A DNA stretch of 64,000 nucleotides from a virus. The notes under the pieces were generated by a model. It worked only from the letters and a program-made list of their open reading frames with translations, was not told the origin of the DNA and did no database searches. The translations under genes were made by a program, and so were the position numbers. This document shows, in pieces, positions 55,883-64,000 of the stretch (positions are counted from its first letter, which is position 1; each line of letters begins with the position of its first letter). The stretch lies in IMG/VR virus record IMGVR_UViG_3300042539_000280, positions 64,001 to 128,000 of that record, one strand, 5' to 3'.

Positions 55883-56907
55883 AATTTACTCCACTGGTTC
55901 ATTCTCATAGTCGCTAATAATCCTTTGTATGTATTATTATCTATAATGTGTTGGATGGCAGCAGGTGAGGTACCCGCCAGGACCATTTCGTTGATATCTT
56001 TTTCTTTTATGGTATCAGGCCAAATGCAGACCTTGTATCCCATTTCGATTGTTTTCCGCATATTAGAAACAATCTGTTTGTTCCTAGGTTCATTATCATA
56101 TACAAAAACGTAGTTCTTGTCAAGACCTAAGATGCGAGGAGCACCGTATAATGCTGCATCCATAGTAGCCACGCAATTAGTAAGGAAAAGAGAATCGATG
56201 GGTCCCTCAACCACATACACAGTTTGCAATGCATCCAATCTATCCCAGCCAAAAATCTTAGGGTTAGTTTCATCGCCTTTGATTGTGATATATTTGATCT
56301 TCGCATGTCTGTCAAGTGATCGCCCCTGGATGCCTAGAAGGTTACCGTCCTTGTCTTTGAACGGTATGATTATGCGTGGTTCCTTATATAGTGTTTTCTC
56401 ATAGTGTGGGTAAAGGTTCTTGACAAACTCCGCAAAGTCTGCCGCAAACCACATATCTATAAGAGATACCTTACGATCCTCAAGATACTTTCTTGCATAG
56501 AACTCTGGTGGTAACGCCTTGATACGACCCGCACCAGCAGCAAACAAAGCATCAGAACTTGGTACATGAAATAAAGGTTTGAATACCGGTTTGGTTACAA
56601 AGTCCTGAACGTTTACACTATTTCTGGTATTGGATTGCACAAAGGCCTCCAATACATAGTCACGGTATAGCATTGGATCTTCATCTTTTAGGAACTTTTG
56701 GAACGTGGTAGACGAATGACAGTTGTGGCACATAAAGAAGAAGTTTTCTTTCTTCTTATAGATATAACCACGGGCCTTTGTCTTATCCTTGGAGGAATCT
56801 CCACAAACAGGACATCTAAAGTTCCATAAAAACTCTCCCCGCTGCTTGAACTGTTTTAGTCTAGGAGCGAGGAGAGAGATATACTTCTTATCGATATAAA
56901 CGGACAT
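55879..56907 (-). CDS. DNA primase gp61
   Basis: NFRCPVCGDS...KARGY...CHNC zinc finger; RIIIPF...QGRSL...KYIT; VVEGPIDSLF; VYDNEPRN; KDINEM. Confidence 0.95.
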   Translation of the reverse strand: MSVYIDKKYISLLAPRLKQFKQRGEFLWNFRCPVCGDSSKDKTKARGYIYKKKENFFFMCHNCHSSTTFQKFLKDEDPMLYRDYVLEAFVQSNTRNSVNVQDFVTKPVFKPLFHVPSSDALFAAGAGRIKALPPEFYARKYLEDRKVSLIDMWFAADFAEFVKNLYPHYEKTLYKEPRIIIPFKDKDGNLLGIQGRSLDRHAKIKYITIKGDETNPKIFGWDRLDALQTVYVVEGPIDSLFLTNCVATMDAALYGAPRILGLDKNYVFVYDNEPRNKQIVSNMRKTIEMGYKVCIWPDTIKEKDINEMVLAGTSPAAIQHIIDNNTYKGLLATMRMNQWSKL

Positions 56908-56933
56908 ATTCCACCTGACACATAATAAACAAC

Positions 56934-56965
56934 ACTATATCATTCACCTGACACTATGTCAAGTG
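56934..56965 (-). promoter_or_regulatory. sigma70 promoter for primase with an inverted repeat over the -35
   Basis: TTGACA-17-TATAGT; CACtTGACA-tag-TGTCAgGTG imperfect palindrome at 56945-56965. Confidence 0.7.
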
Positions 56966-57313
56966 TTATTTGTTCTTGAGTAGTGGTTTCATCTGTTGGA
57001 TAACTTCCTTGAGACTGTCAATTTCTTTTCTTAGATCCTGACGGTCGGTATCAACCACAGGAATACGAGTCTCAAGTTTGTTCTTGATGGTATCCATAGT
57101 TTCTTCTATATGGTCTACCTTCTGTTCAAGGTAAATGACCCTCTGCTGGATTTCCATATCCTTTACTTTGAACTCACCAATGGTCATGAAGTAAGCAGCC
57201 ACCAGACCGCCTACCGCCAGAATAGCAGTAATGACAGGTGGTAGTCTCGTTACGGCTTCACCAACTCCATGTTCAAAGTCGTTGGTGTTATTATCGGACA
57301 TTGATAGTTCCAT
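56966..57313 (-). CDS. Single-TM coiled-coil protein (possible lysis accessory)
   Basis: One hydrophobic segment then a coiled coil; directly downstream of the endolysin. Confidence 0.45.
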   Translation of the reverse strand: MELSMSDNNTNDFEHGVGEAVTRLPPVITAILAVGGLVAAYFMTIGEFKVKDMEIQQRVIYLEQKVDHIEETMDTIKNKLETRIPVVDTDRQDLRKEIDSLKEVIQQMKPLLKNK

Positions 57314-57327
57314 TCCTTTCTACCCCT

Positions 57328-57927
57328 TTAAGCAAAGTCTTTGGGGATAAACTGTGGACCTACTTGATCGAGGTCTACAGAAGCAACGCTGACCGCTTTG
57401 ATTGCTCTCTTTGCGTTCTCCAGCATTGCTATTCTCGAATTGAGACCATTGTAACCACCATTGATACGCTTGGTGATACCCCTAATATTATCCTTGTCGG
57501 CAAGCGCATTTAGTCCATTGTCTGTCCAATATTGCACGGCAATCTTTACACCAACCTCTGGGGTCTCTGCCAGTTCTGGTTTCTTTACTAGATCGATACC
57601 TAGTTTCTTGCCATACTTTTCATAGTTGTAACGGCCTGTAATCTGAATAGGACCACGGCCTCTAAATCTTTTACCATCACCTGCTTTTACATTACCAAGG
57701 TCACGGCGTCCTTCATATGCTGCACCAGAAGCATATTCTCGCATTGTTCTGAAATGATCGCTTTCGTGTGCTAATTGTGCGAGAAAGTGAGCAATTCTTA
57801 GTTTCGTTGTAATACCTGCCTTTTCCATTTCTTTAGGCAAGAACTTTGCTAGGCCTTCTGTAACCTCTTTGTTGACTGGAGCACCAGCAACTTTTCTTAG
57901 CAATTCTGGTGTTATGATTATGCTCAT
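57328..57927 (-). CDS. Glycoside hydrolase family 19 endolysin
   Basis: RIAHFLAQLAHES, YEGR.DLGN...DG.RFRGRG.IQITGR.NY, ITKRINGGYNGL. Confidence 0.92.
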   Translation of the reverse strand: MSIIITPELLRKVAGAPVNKEVTEGLAKFLPKEMEKAGITTKLRIAHFLAQLAHESDHFRTMREYASGAAYEGRRDLGNVKAGDGKRFRGRGPIQITGRYNYEKYGKKLGIDLVKKPELAETPEVGVKIAVQYWTDNGLNALADKDNIRGITKRINGGYNGLNSRIAMLENAKRAIKAVSVASVDLDQVGPQFIPKDFA

Positions 57928-57929
57928 TA

Positions 57930-58337
57930 TTATCTCCTTTTGCCATATCTGGCATATGTCATTTCGCCTGTGTTCTTATTCTTTAGTATGATTGGGCGAC
58001 CTGGATTCTTGTTAGCATATTCTCTAATCTCTGCTAGACAATCATCCTCTTCCAGATACTTGCGCCATGTCTTGTGCTTACGCTTTTCCATCTTGGCAGT
58101 ATGGAAAACAGATGGTGAAACCTCGAATACCATAGCACCAGCAAATGTATCTTCCGCTAGAACAGGTGCCTTACGACGGAAGTAACCCATAATAACAGAG
58201 GTCGGTGGAGTTTTTTGTCTTTTCTGTATCTTTCTTTGGGTCTTTACAGATACACCAGACTCTCCATGACTGCCAACTCCAATGCCAGCAATACCACCTC
58301 CGCCTGCACTATTTGTCGGAGCATCTTCGTCAATCAT
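57930..58337 (-). CDS. Head-associated hypothetical protein
   Basis: MIDE|DAPTNSAGGGGIAG N-terminus; IREYANKNP..PIIL.N..TG.M.Y. Confidence 0.6.
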   Translation of the reverse strand: MIDEDAPTNSAGGGGIAGIGVGSHGESGVSVKTQRKIQKRQKTPPTSVIMGYFRRKAPVLAEDTFAGAMVFEVSPSVFHTAKMEKRKHKTWRKYLEEDDCLAEIREYANKNPGRPIILKNKNTGEMTYARYGKRR

Positions 58338-58729
58338 TGTAGGTTCCTTAGTCTATTGGCGATATCCAAATCAACCAGTATTTCTTCTTGTCTTATACTG
58401 TATTTATCAAACGAGACAGTCAATCTCTTAGGCATATAGTTCAAAAATATAAGAATTGTTTTGAGGAGGGGATAATCTTCTGGATCAACTTTGAAAAATA
58501 ACATATTCACGGTTGCTTCTACACCAAAGACATTGGAGAGGATGATGACATGATTGAGCACCAACCTCTCCTTGAAGTCTCCAGTTTGTCTATACTTACG
58601 CAATAACCTTTTCACATACTTTATACGCTTCAAGTCTTCCTCAAACTCTGACTGTATAATGTGCGGTTTGTCATAGGCCTTGGCGGCGTATATCAAAAAG
58701 TTATCATCATTTAGATCACTAAACATCAC
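58334..58729 (-). CDS. Conserved T4-like phage hypothetical protein
   Basis: LN.DNFLIYA.K.YD.P...EF.EDLKRIKYVKRL...LKERL.LNH.IIL.NVFG. Confidence 0.75.
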   Translation of the reverse strand: MMFSDLNDDNFLIYAAKAYDKPHIIQSEFEEDLKRIKYVKRLLRKYRQTGDFKERLVLNHVIILSNVFGVEATVNMLFFKVDPEDYPLLKTILIFLNYMPKRLTVSFDKYSIRQEEILVDLDIANRLRNLQ

Positions 58730-58736
58730 ACAAGTA

Positions 58737-60452
58737 TTAGACTTTCACATACTTTGAGGGATCAAACTTATCTTTGGAAATACGACGAACTTTACGTTCT
58801 GGATCGTTTTTACCTGTTACTTGAATGGTCTTAGAAGGACCTTCAACACCAAGACCGGCCTTCACCTGGGTAGAAACCTTACGTTTCATGATACGAAAAG
58901 CAGATGCCTTCTTGACAGAACCCATGGCTTCGTCCATTTGTTCTTTCTTCTTGGCCTTCCATGCGGTTGCAAAAGCAATAGACTTTTCCTTGGCGGTTAG
59001 ACCGTCCTTGGAATAACCCTTCTTGATGTGTTTGACCATACGTTCAAACTTGGCACCTGGAGGTGCTTTTTCTTCTAGTCTATTCATAGCCATTTGTATA
59101 CCAGCGGCTCTTTTGTTAGCAGTCTTTCTTTCTTTTGGAGAAAGATCAGAAAGATATGGATCCTTTGCCTTACCAACTAATGTATCTAGTTGCTTACCAG
59201 CCTTCTTTTCATATCTTGCTACAGTTGATCGCTTTAGTTCATCAATCTGTTCATCTTCCATAAGACCCTTTGTATGAAAGTGTCTTTTCATAGCACGACG
59301 GATTTCACCTTTATGAACATCTCCACCCATATGCTTGGAGATAGCAGCGTCACGTTCACGAGTTGACTGACCGCCTACCTGTCCTGGCGCAGTCTTAAAT
59401 GCTTTGATAATATCATCATAGCGTTTTTCTTTACTCTGCTTGATTTCATCAATCTGTTCTTTCTTTTCAAAAGATCCATGCTTTGAATACTCATTGCTGT
59501 CCTTGCCATAACCATGACGACGAGCCATAGACTTTAGTTGTTCCTCTGATTTACCAGCGAACTTCTTAGCCTTTTCTTCTGGTGTCATGTTGGCAATACG
59601 CTGCTTATGCTTGATAACAGAAGCAGGCATACGACCTTCTTCAACAGTTTCTTCCATATAAGGATGCTTAGGAGCAGAGGCACCAACCTTTGCTTTACCT
59701 GTCATCTTCTTATGTGCTAGAGAGATACCCTTTTCACGGGTCTTTTCTCTACGGCCGGCGGCCTTGGCATCGTCAGAAGTGGCCGCAGGATATTGACCTG
59801 GGTTCTTCTTGAAATGCTTGATATCACCTAGTTCCTGTTCAGCACCTTTACGATAACGAACAAGTTTACCTAATGATACCTCGTTTAGACCCTTTTCGGA
59901 ATCCGCTACTGCTTCTTTGTTACCCTTCTTCTTTTCATCAGAGGTAACATCGTGCATTGGTTCCTTTTCAGCACTACGTTGGCTCATGGTTGCCTTGTCA
60001 TCGGCACATTCTTTCATGGTGATTTCGGCCATGTCTAGCATCTTGTCTAGTTCGGCCTTATCAACAACCTTAGCCATGCATGAGAACATACCAAGCATAC
60101 CTCTATAATCAAAGAATAGGTAATACTTTTCTGGTACTTCACGAATGAACTCACCGGAGTCATTCATGCCCATCTTCTCACCAAACTGTACCATTTCATA
60201 TACCTCAATACCCTTATGACCTTCAAGGAAGGTTTTCTTGGGTAGAATGATACTGAAATATGCCAACGCCTTTGACACCTTACGGAGAGTAATGTAAGGG
60301 GTCACATGAGAGCGTGAACAAATGCCGGAGAGAATGGCATTGATCTGATCACGAACTGCCTCGTTACGAAGATCAAAATTGCCATCCTGAACCATTGCGG
60401 TTGGAAGAACTTCCTCACTTATAAATTTTTGGAATGATTTCATGTTCATCAC
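58737..60452 (-). CDS. Putative capsid internal/prohead core polyprotein
   Basis: N-terminal MKSFQKFISE (compare the T4 internal-protein targeting sequence); basic modules separated by LNE, MEE, VEE, EQIDE (twice), LEE and EQMDE. Confidence 0.6.
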   Translation of the reverse strand: MMNMKSFQKFISEEVLPTAMVQDGNFDLRNEAVRDQINAILSGICSRSHVTPYITLRKVSKALAYFSIILPKKTFLEGHKGIEVYEMVQFGEKMGMNDSGEFIREVPEKYYLFFDYRGMLGMFSCMAKVVDKAELDKMLDMAEITMKECADDKATMSQRSAEKEPMHDVTSDEKKKGNKEAVADSEKGLNEVSLGKLVRYRKGAEQELGDIKHFKKNPGQYPAATSDDAKAAGRREKTREKGISLAHKKMTGKAKVGASAPKHPYMEETVEEGRMPASVIKHKQRIANMTPEEKAKKFAGKSEEQLKSMARRHGYGKDSNEYSKHGSFEKKEQIDEIKQSKEKRYDDIIKAFKTAPGQVGGQSTRERDAAISKHMGGDVHKGEIRRAMKRHFHTKGLMEDEQIDELKRSTVARYEKKAGKQLDTLVGKAKDPYLSDLSPKERKTANKRAAGIQMAMNRLEEKAPPGAKFERMVKHIKKGYSKDGLTAKEKSIAFATAWKAKKKEQMDEAMGSVKKASAFRIMKRKVSTQVKAGLGVEGPSKTIQVTGKNDPERKVRRISKDKFDPSKYVKV

Positions 60453-60458
60453 TCCTTA

Positions 60459-61079
60459 TTATACAACGTAAAGAATTGTTGCTGAACCGGATGTTACGCT
60501 GTTTGCACCAGTTGCGGTTACTAGGGCACGGAATACGTTGCCGTTTGCGGTCTGGTTGTTTGCAGTAAATGTTGGTGATGTATTGTTGAAATACTGACCA
60601 CCTGTGTTTGCAACATTGGCCCATGAAGAACCATTGTATTTCTGCCAGTAATACTTGATAGAAGCACCTGATGGTGTTGATGTAGCAGCAACGGTGAAGG
60701 TTAGGTTACCAATTGTCGATTTTGTATTACTTGTTGGCTGTGTGGTAACTGTTAGACGATAATCTGGGAACTGTGTATCGTCTGTACCGTCAGTGGCGAT
60801 TGAACCTGTAGCAACAAGAACTTCGTAGGTAATACGACCAGCACGGAGACCGGTGCCTTCCTTACGAAGAACCCAACCAGAGTGTGGAATGTCTTTGTTG
60901 ACCTGTGCTTCATTTGTATCAACGGCGAACTGGCCAACGATTTCATTTGTGATGAAAGCATTAGCAGTTACGTTCTTATAAAGAGCAGACTGGTTAGCAG
61001 AGGTTGATGCTCTGTTATACTGGATTACGGCTGCAATGTCTGAATTGGCAGCATTGTCTTTATTACCCCATAGTGGCAT
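60459..61079 (-). CDS. Virion structural protein with C-terminal Ig-like domain
   Basis: MPLWG N-terminus, HSGWV...GR..YEVLVA; TTQP....LTFTVAA.......YYWQK...W....FRALV. Confidence 0.7.
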   Translation of the reverse strand: MPLWGNKDNAANSDIAAVIQYNRASTSANQSALYKNVTANAFITNEIVGQFAVDTNEAQVNKDIPHSGWVLRKEGTGLRAGRITYEVLVATGSIATDGTDDTQFPDYRLTVTTQPTSNTKSTIGNLTFTVAATSTPSGASIKYYWQKYNGSSWANVANTGGQYFNNTSPTFTANNQTANGNVFRALVTATGANSVTSGSATILYVV

Positions 61080-61092
61080 TGTTCTTTTCCTT

Positions 61093-61266
61093 TTAGTTGT
61101 AAGTTTGACCTACTACGCCTGGGACCTCGGGATTCTGAACTACAGGATCCGCAGGTTGACCAGTCTGGGTCTTTCCTGGGTTTATTAGTTTTTTATCGGC
61201 GGCCTTTTGCAAGGCCACCTTTGTATCTTCCTTGGCAATCTTCTTGCTGTCGGGTTTCTTTTTCAT
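61093..61266 (-). CDS. 57-aa protein, not in the ORF track
   Basis: MKKKPDSKKIAKEDTKVALQKAADKKLINPGKTQTGQPADPVVQNPEVPGVVGQTYN; ATG overlaps the upstream TAA. Confidence 0.55.
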   Translation of the reverse strand: MKKKPDSKKIAKEDTKVALQKAADKKLINPGKTQTGQPADPVVQNPEVPGVVGQTYN

Positions 61267-62774
61267 TATACGATCCTATATTTATTATCACCCACTGAAA
61301 CATAACTTTCAGCAACCATCTTCTTTTCTTCTTGCTGAGTACCACCAAACTTACCTCTGTTGGCCCATGCCTTGCCGGCAGGACTATCAGCAGAATAAGA
61401 TGGTTCAGGTGCCGCAGTAACAGAAGCCTTCACCTCTGGTGCCGGAGCAGGTGCGGTTTCAGGTGGTTTATTCTGTGAAATAAACCCACCAGTGTCACTT
61501 GTGGCATTTTTAGGTTTAGCTGCTGATCCTGCAATATCCGGAACACCTGTTGGCACTCTTGTAGTGGTAGTAGGTGTTCTTTCTGGATTAAGTCTAACAC
61601 TACTAAATGTGTCAGGTTTTTCCGCTGCCTTCATGCCAGTATCTTGTTGTTTGATAGGTGTTGGTGAAAGAGATCCAGAAGAAGTGCCAGCTGTAGTGAG
61701 GCCGGCGACTCTTGTTAGACCTTGTCTACCAGGACCATATGATGCTCGATCAGTCGAAACATTTTTTGGTGCTGTGTCTGCCTTAGTTGCAGAAGAAGCA
61801 GTAGCAGGTGTTGATGACTTACCAACACTTGTCACCTTTTGCTGTGACATAGGCACAAACTTTTCTTCTGGTGCCTTTGCAGTTCCTTTGCCTCGAATGT
61901 TTGACTGATATGTACCAGTTTCACCAGTTTTTGGATTTGTCCATTTGAATTGGCCAGTTGACTTAGCACCCATTGATCCTGCTTCCTTACGGGCCTGTGA
62001 GAAGGCCTGCTTGAAAGAAGATGGTTCTGTCTTTGGTGCTGCCGCTGGTTTAGCAACAGGAGCAGACATTGTACCAGGTTCTTTTGTCTGGACAGGAGCA
62101 ATCTTAGAAGGTAGTTCCTGATTCTTGACAGAAGGTGCTAGTTCTCCACGTCTTGACATAGAACCAACCATACCAGTTTGTGTGTTCTTGACAGATGCAC
62201 TTGGTGTAGTTGATGAACGATAACCTGCAACTTGTGTCTTGCCTGTATCTGTTTTACGGAATACAGGATTACCTGGTTCGGTCTTAGTGGAATCTGGAAC
62301 TGCAAGACCAGCAACACCAAGGGCACGACCTGCCACCTTTGCTGCTATACCTTTTGCAACAGAACTGGCGGCCGCCACAGTAGCCTTAGGTGTGGCCATA
62401 GCGGCACGGCCGGCGCCACTCATTTTGGTCACCATTTGACTTGGTGATGACTTTGCCATCTTCTGTGCTACTTGACTACCACCCTGTGAGAATGATGTAG
62501 AACCACCAACTGAGGATGGTTTCATTGATCCAGTAGCTTGCTGACTAAAACTTGGGTTGAATCGGTTAGAGATATTTCTCTTTACGTCAGTTGTGGTTGG
62601 TTTCATTGTACCGAAACTGGAACCCATTCTAGCACCACCTGATTTTACAGTTGTGCCTTGTGACGCAAAACTCTGACCTGCACGATAAGTATTACCCTGT
62701 AGTCTTTGCTGCGATGCGCTTGCCTGACGACGAACACCTGGAACAGGCATTTCGACGTTAGGTGGCATCGACAT
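61266..62774 (-). CDS. Low-complexity basic virion/internal protein (probably the C-terminal part of a frameshift fusion)
   Basis: Ser/Thr/Ala/Lys/Pro-rich; SFKQAFSQARK..G....FKW motif; C-terminal MVAE|SYV; no SD before the ATG. Confidence 0.55.
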   Translation of the reverse strand: MSMPPNVEMPVPGVRRQASASQQRLQGNTYRAGQSFASQGTTVKSGGARMGSSFGTMKPTTTDVKRNISNRFNPSFSQQATGSMKPSSVGGSTSFSQGGSQVAQKMAKSSPSQMVTKMSGAGRAAMATPKATVAAASSVAKGIAAKVAGRALGVAGLAVPDSTKTEPGNPVFRKTDTGKTQVAGYRSSTTPSASVKNTQTGMVGSMSRRGELAPSVKNQELPSKIAPVQTKEPGTMSAPVAKPAAAPKTEPSSFKQAFSQARKEAGSMGAKSTGQFKWTNPKTGETGTYQSNIRGKGTAKAPEEKFVPMSQQKVTSVGKSSTPATASSATKADTAPKNVSTDRASYGPGRQGLTRVAGLTTAGTSSGSLSPTPIKQQDTGMKAAEKPDTFSSVRLNPERTPTTTTRVPTGVPDIAGSAAKPKNATSDTGGFISQNKPPETAPAPAPEVKASVTAAPEPSYSADSPAGKAWANRGKFGGTQQEEKKMVAESYVSVGDNKYRIV

Positions 62775-62812
62775 TGCTAGTTCGTTTACCGACTTACCCG
62801 TTCCCGGTGCGC

Positions 62813-63961
62813 CTAGAAACCCTGGTCTTCCTTCATGTGCTTGGCACGGATCTTGGCAAGGATAGCACCTGCTACCTTCTTACCACGTTCCTCTGAACCA
62901 TAACGTTCGCCGGCCTTCTTAGCAATCATCTTGAATGATTTGCCTGGCTTACCAATGTCTTTACCAGCACGGGCAGCCTTGGCAGAATATGCGGCTTCAT
63001 TTACTGTTTCTTCTGGTAGATGACCTGGCTTGGTGTGTGAACCAAGACGACGCTTGATATTGCCTTTTAGTGTGGCAGTATCTTGCTTATGAACCTTACC
63101 AGATTTTGTCATTCTGTCTGTTGGATGGCGACGATCACGGGCAATGGAATCTTCTTTACCACGATCTTCACCACGGCGAACTAGACCTACAGATGATTGA
63201 GCGCCAGCACGTTCGGCATTATGTGCAGTCTTTTTACCAAACTTTCTCTTGATTAGACCATGTAGTTTGCTGGTGTCTCTTTCTTGTGCTTCTTTTTCTC
63301 TATAAGCAGAGATAGCAGCCTTCTTTGAAACTTCATCAATCTGTTCATCTTCCTTGACCACATTCTGCATACGTTGTGTGGTTGGATTGCCTGGTGTTAG
63401 TGAAGATGCTGCACCTGGATAGGACTTAGGTGTTGATGGATCTTCCTTAGGAGCAGACTTAGTAACGTCGCCTGAACCTTGAACTGATGGATCTCTTTTT
63501 ACAACGTCAAGGCCTTCGCCCATCTTTTTCTTGCCACCCATCTGGTCTTTACCGAGACGACCAGCAACAACGTCACCACGGGTAACTTTGTCATATGGAG
63601 GATAGTTGTTAGCAAGATTACCATCATTGCCTTCTTTTGTTAGTTCACGAGCAGTTCTCTTTGGTGACTGACCTGGGAATCCGCCCATCTTTTTGATGTG
63701 TTCCATGCCAGTCTTTTCTTCATGCTCTTTCTTCTTTTCTTTATTCTCTTTATTACCTTCTTTCATGCACTTATAGGCTTCTTCTAGTCTGGCATCATAT
63801 GCTGCTAGTTGCTCTCTAACAACTGCCTTGCGAGAATATACACCAAACTCCTCGTTGACAAGGGCCTCGGCTTCACGGCGCATGTCGCCATCTTTTCTTG
63901 CTTCCATGACCGCTTGAACTAGAGGGTCCTTCTTGGTTAGAAATGGGTTGTTTCCAAACAT
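62813..63961 (-). CDS. Putative capsid internal/prohead core polyprotein
   Basis: Lys/Glu-rich; modules separated by VME, VNEE, LEE, MKE, TKE, MGE, EQIDE, LPEETVNE; LANNYPPYDKVTRGDV and YSAKAARAGKDIGKPGK modules; AAGGA SD. Confidence 0.6.
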   Translation of the reverse strand: MFGNNPFLTKKDPLVQAVMEARKDGDMRREAEALVNEEFGVYSRKAVVREQLAAYDARLEEAYKCMKEGNKENKEKKKEHEEKTGMEHIKKMGGFPGQSPKRTARELTKEGNDGNLANNYPPYDKVTRGDVVAGRLGKDQMGGKKKMGEGLDVVKRDPSVQGSGDVTKSAPKEDPSTPKSYPGAASSLTPGNPTTQRMQNVVKEDEQIDEVSKKAAISAYREKEAQERDTSKLHGLIKRKFGKKTAHNAERAGAQSSVGLVRRGEDRGKEDSIARDRRHPTDRMTKSGKVHKQDTATLKGNIKRRLGSHTKPGHLPEETVNEAAYSAKAARAGKDIGKPGKSFKMIAKKAGERYGSEERGKKVAGAILAKIRAKHMKEDQGF

Positions 63962-64000
63962 TTTAGTTTTCCTTGTAAGTTGAATTGGATAATGTAATCC

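Noticed and set aside
52851-56907. Introns or inteins in nrdJ, thyX or primase
   Set aside because: All three are uninterrupted, of normal length, and show no splice or intein motifs
62787-62816. Walker A-like GAPGTGKS in the frameshift linker
   Set aside because: Surrounded by low-complexity sequence with no beta-strand core or Walker B; probably coincidental or constrained by RNA structure
407-63252. Many short ORF-track entries antisense to or nested in long genes (e.g. 1736-1963, 8316-8714, 40798-41109, 61492-61908)
   Set aside because: Shadow ORFs of strongly supported genes, with no SD or recognisable motifs
1-64000. Alternative genetic code or stop-codon reassignment
   Set aside because: Core genes are full length and densely packed under the standard code, and all three stop codons terminate genes

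Overview
This window is a 64-kb segment of a large T4-like myophage genome. The host is most likely an alphaproteobacterium, judging from the alpha-type two-piece tmRNA, the RegA/RegR-like boxes and the rhizobial-style L,D-transpeptidase. From left to right: tail-fibre and baseplate genes on the minus strand (VrlC-like 2110-aa protein, gp8, gp7, gp6, gp25, split gp5, gp27-like, gp53, gp2, gp4); a plus-strand tail block (gp48, gp54/19-like, gp26, gp51, tape-measure/hub protein with several peptidoglycan hydrolase domains); and a long minus-strand region. That region holds gp32, gp59, gp33, a permuted tmRNA, five 2OG-Fe(II) oxygenases, an exonuclease, PhoH, a DenV-like glycosylase, DNA ligase, an early hypervariable block of small ORFs (about 39-45.4 kb), RNase H, glutaredoxin, class II RNR, ThyX, primase, a GH19 endolysin and large Lys/Glu-rich head/internal proteins. 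The most notable observations are: (1) four copies of an early-promoter cassette, each with a palindrome matching the host RegA/PrrA/RegR box at -64/-65, plus a second 10-bp motif that occurs 8 times in the same 4 kb; (2) two candidate programmed -1 frameshifts (gp26 to gp51 upstream of the tape measure, and a 382-aa to 502-aa internal-protein fusion); (3) a phage-encoded permuted tmRNA with a long intervening segment, plus an unannotated ArfA-like peptide; (4) internal-protein 'polyproteins' with a T4-like capsid-targeting sequence and repeated protease-type sites. All assignments come from recognising motifs by eye; no database searches were run.
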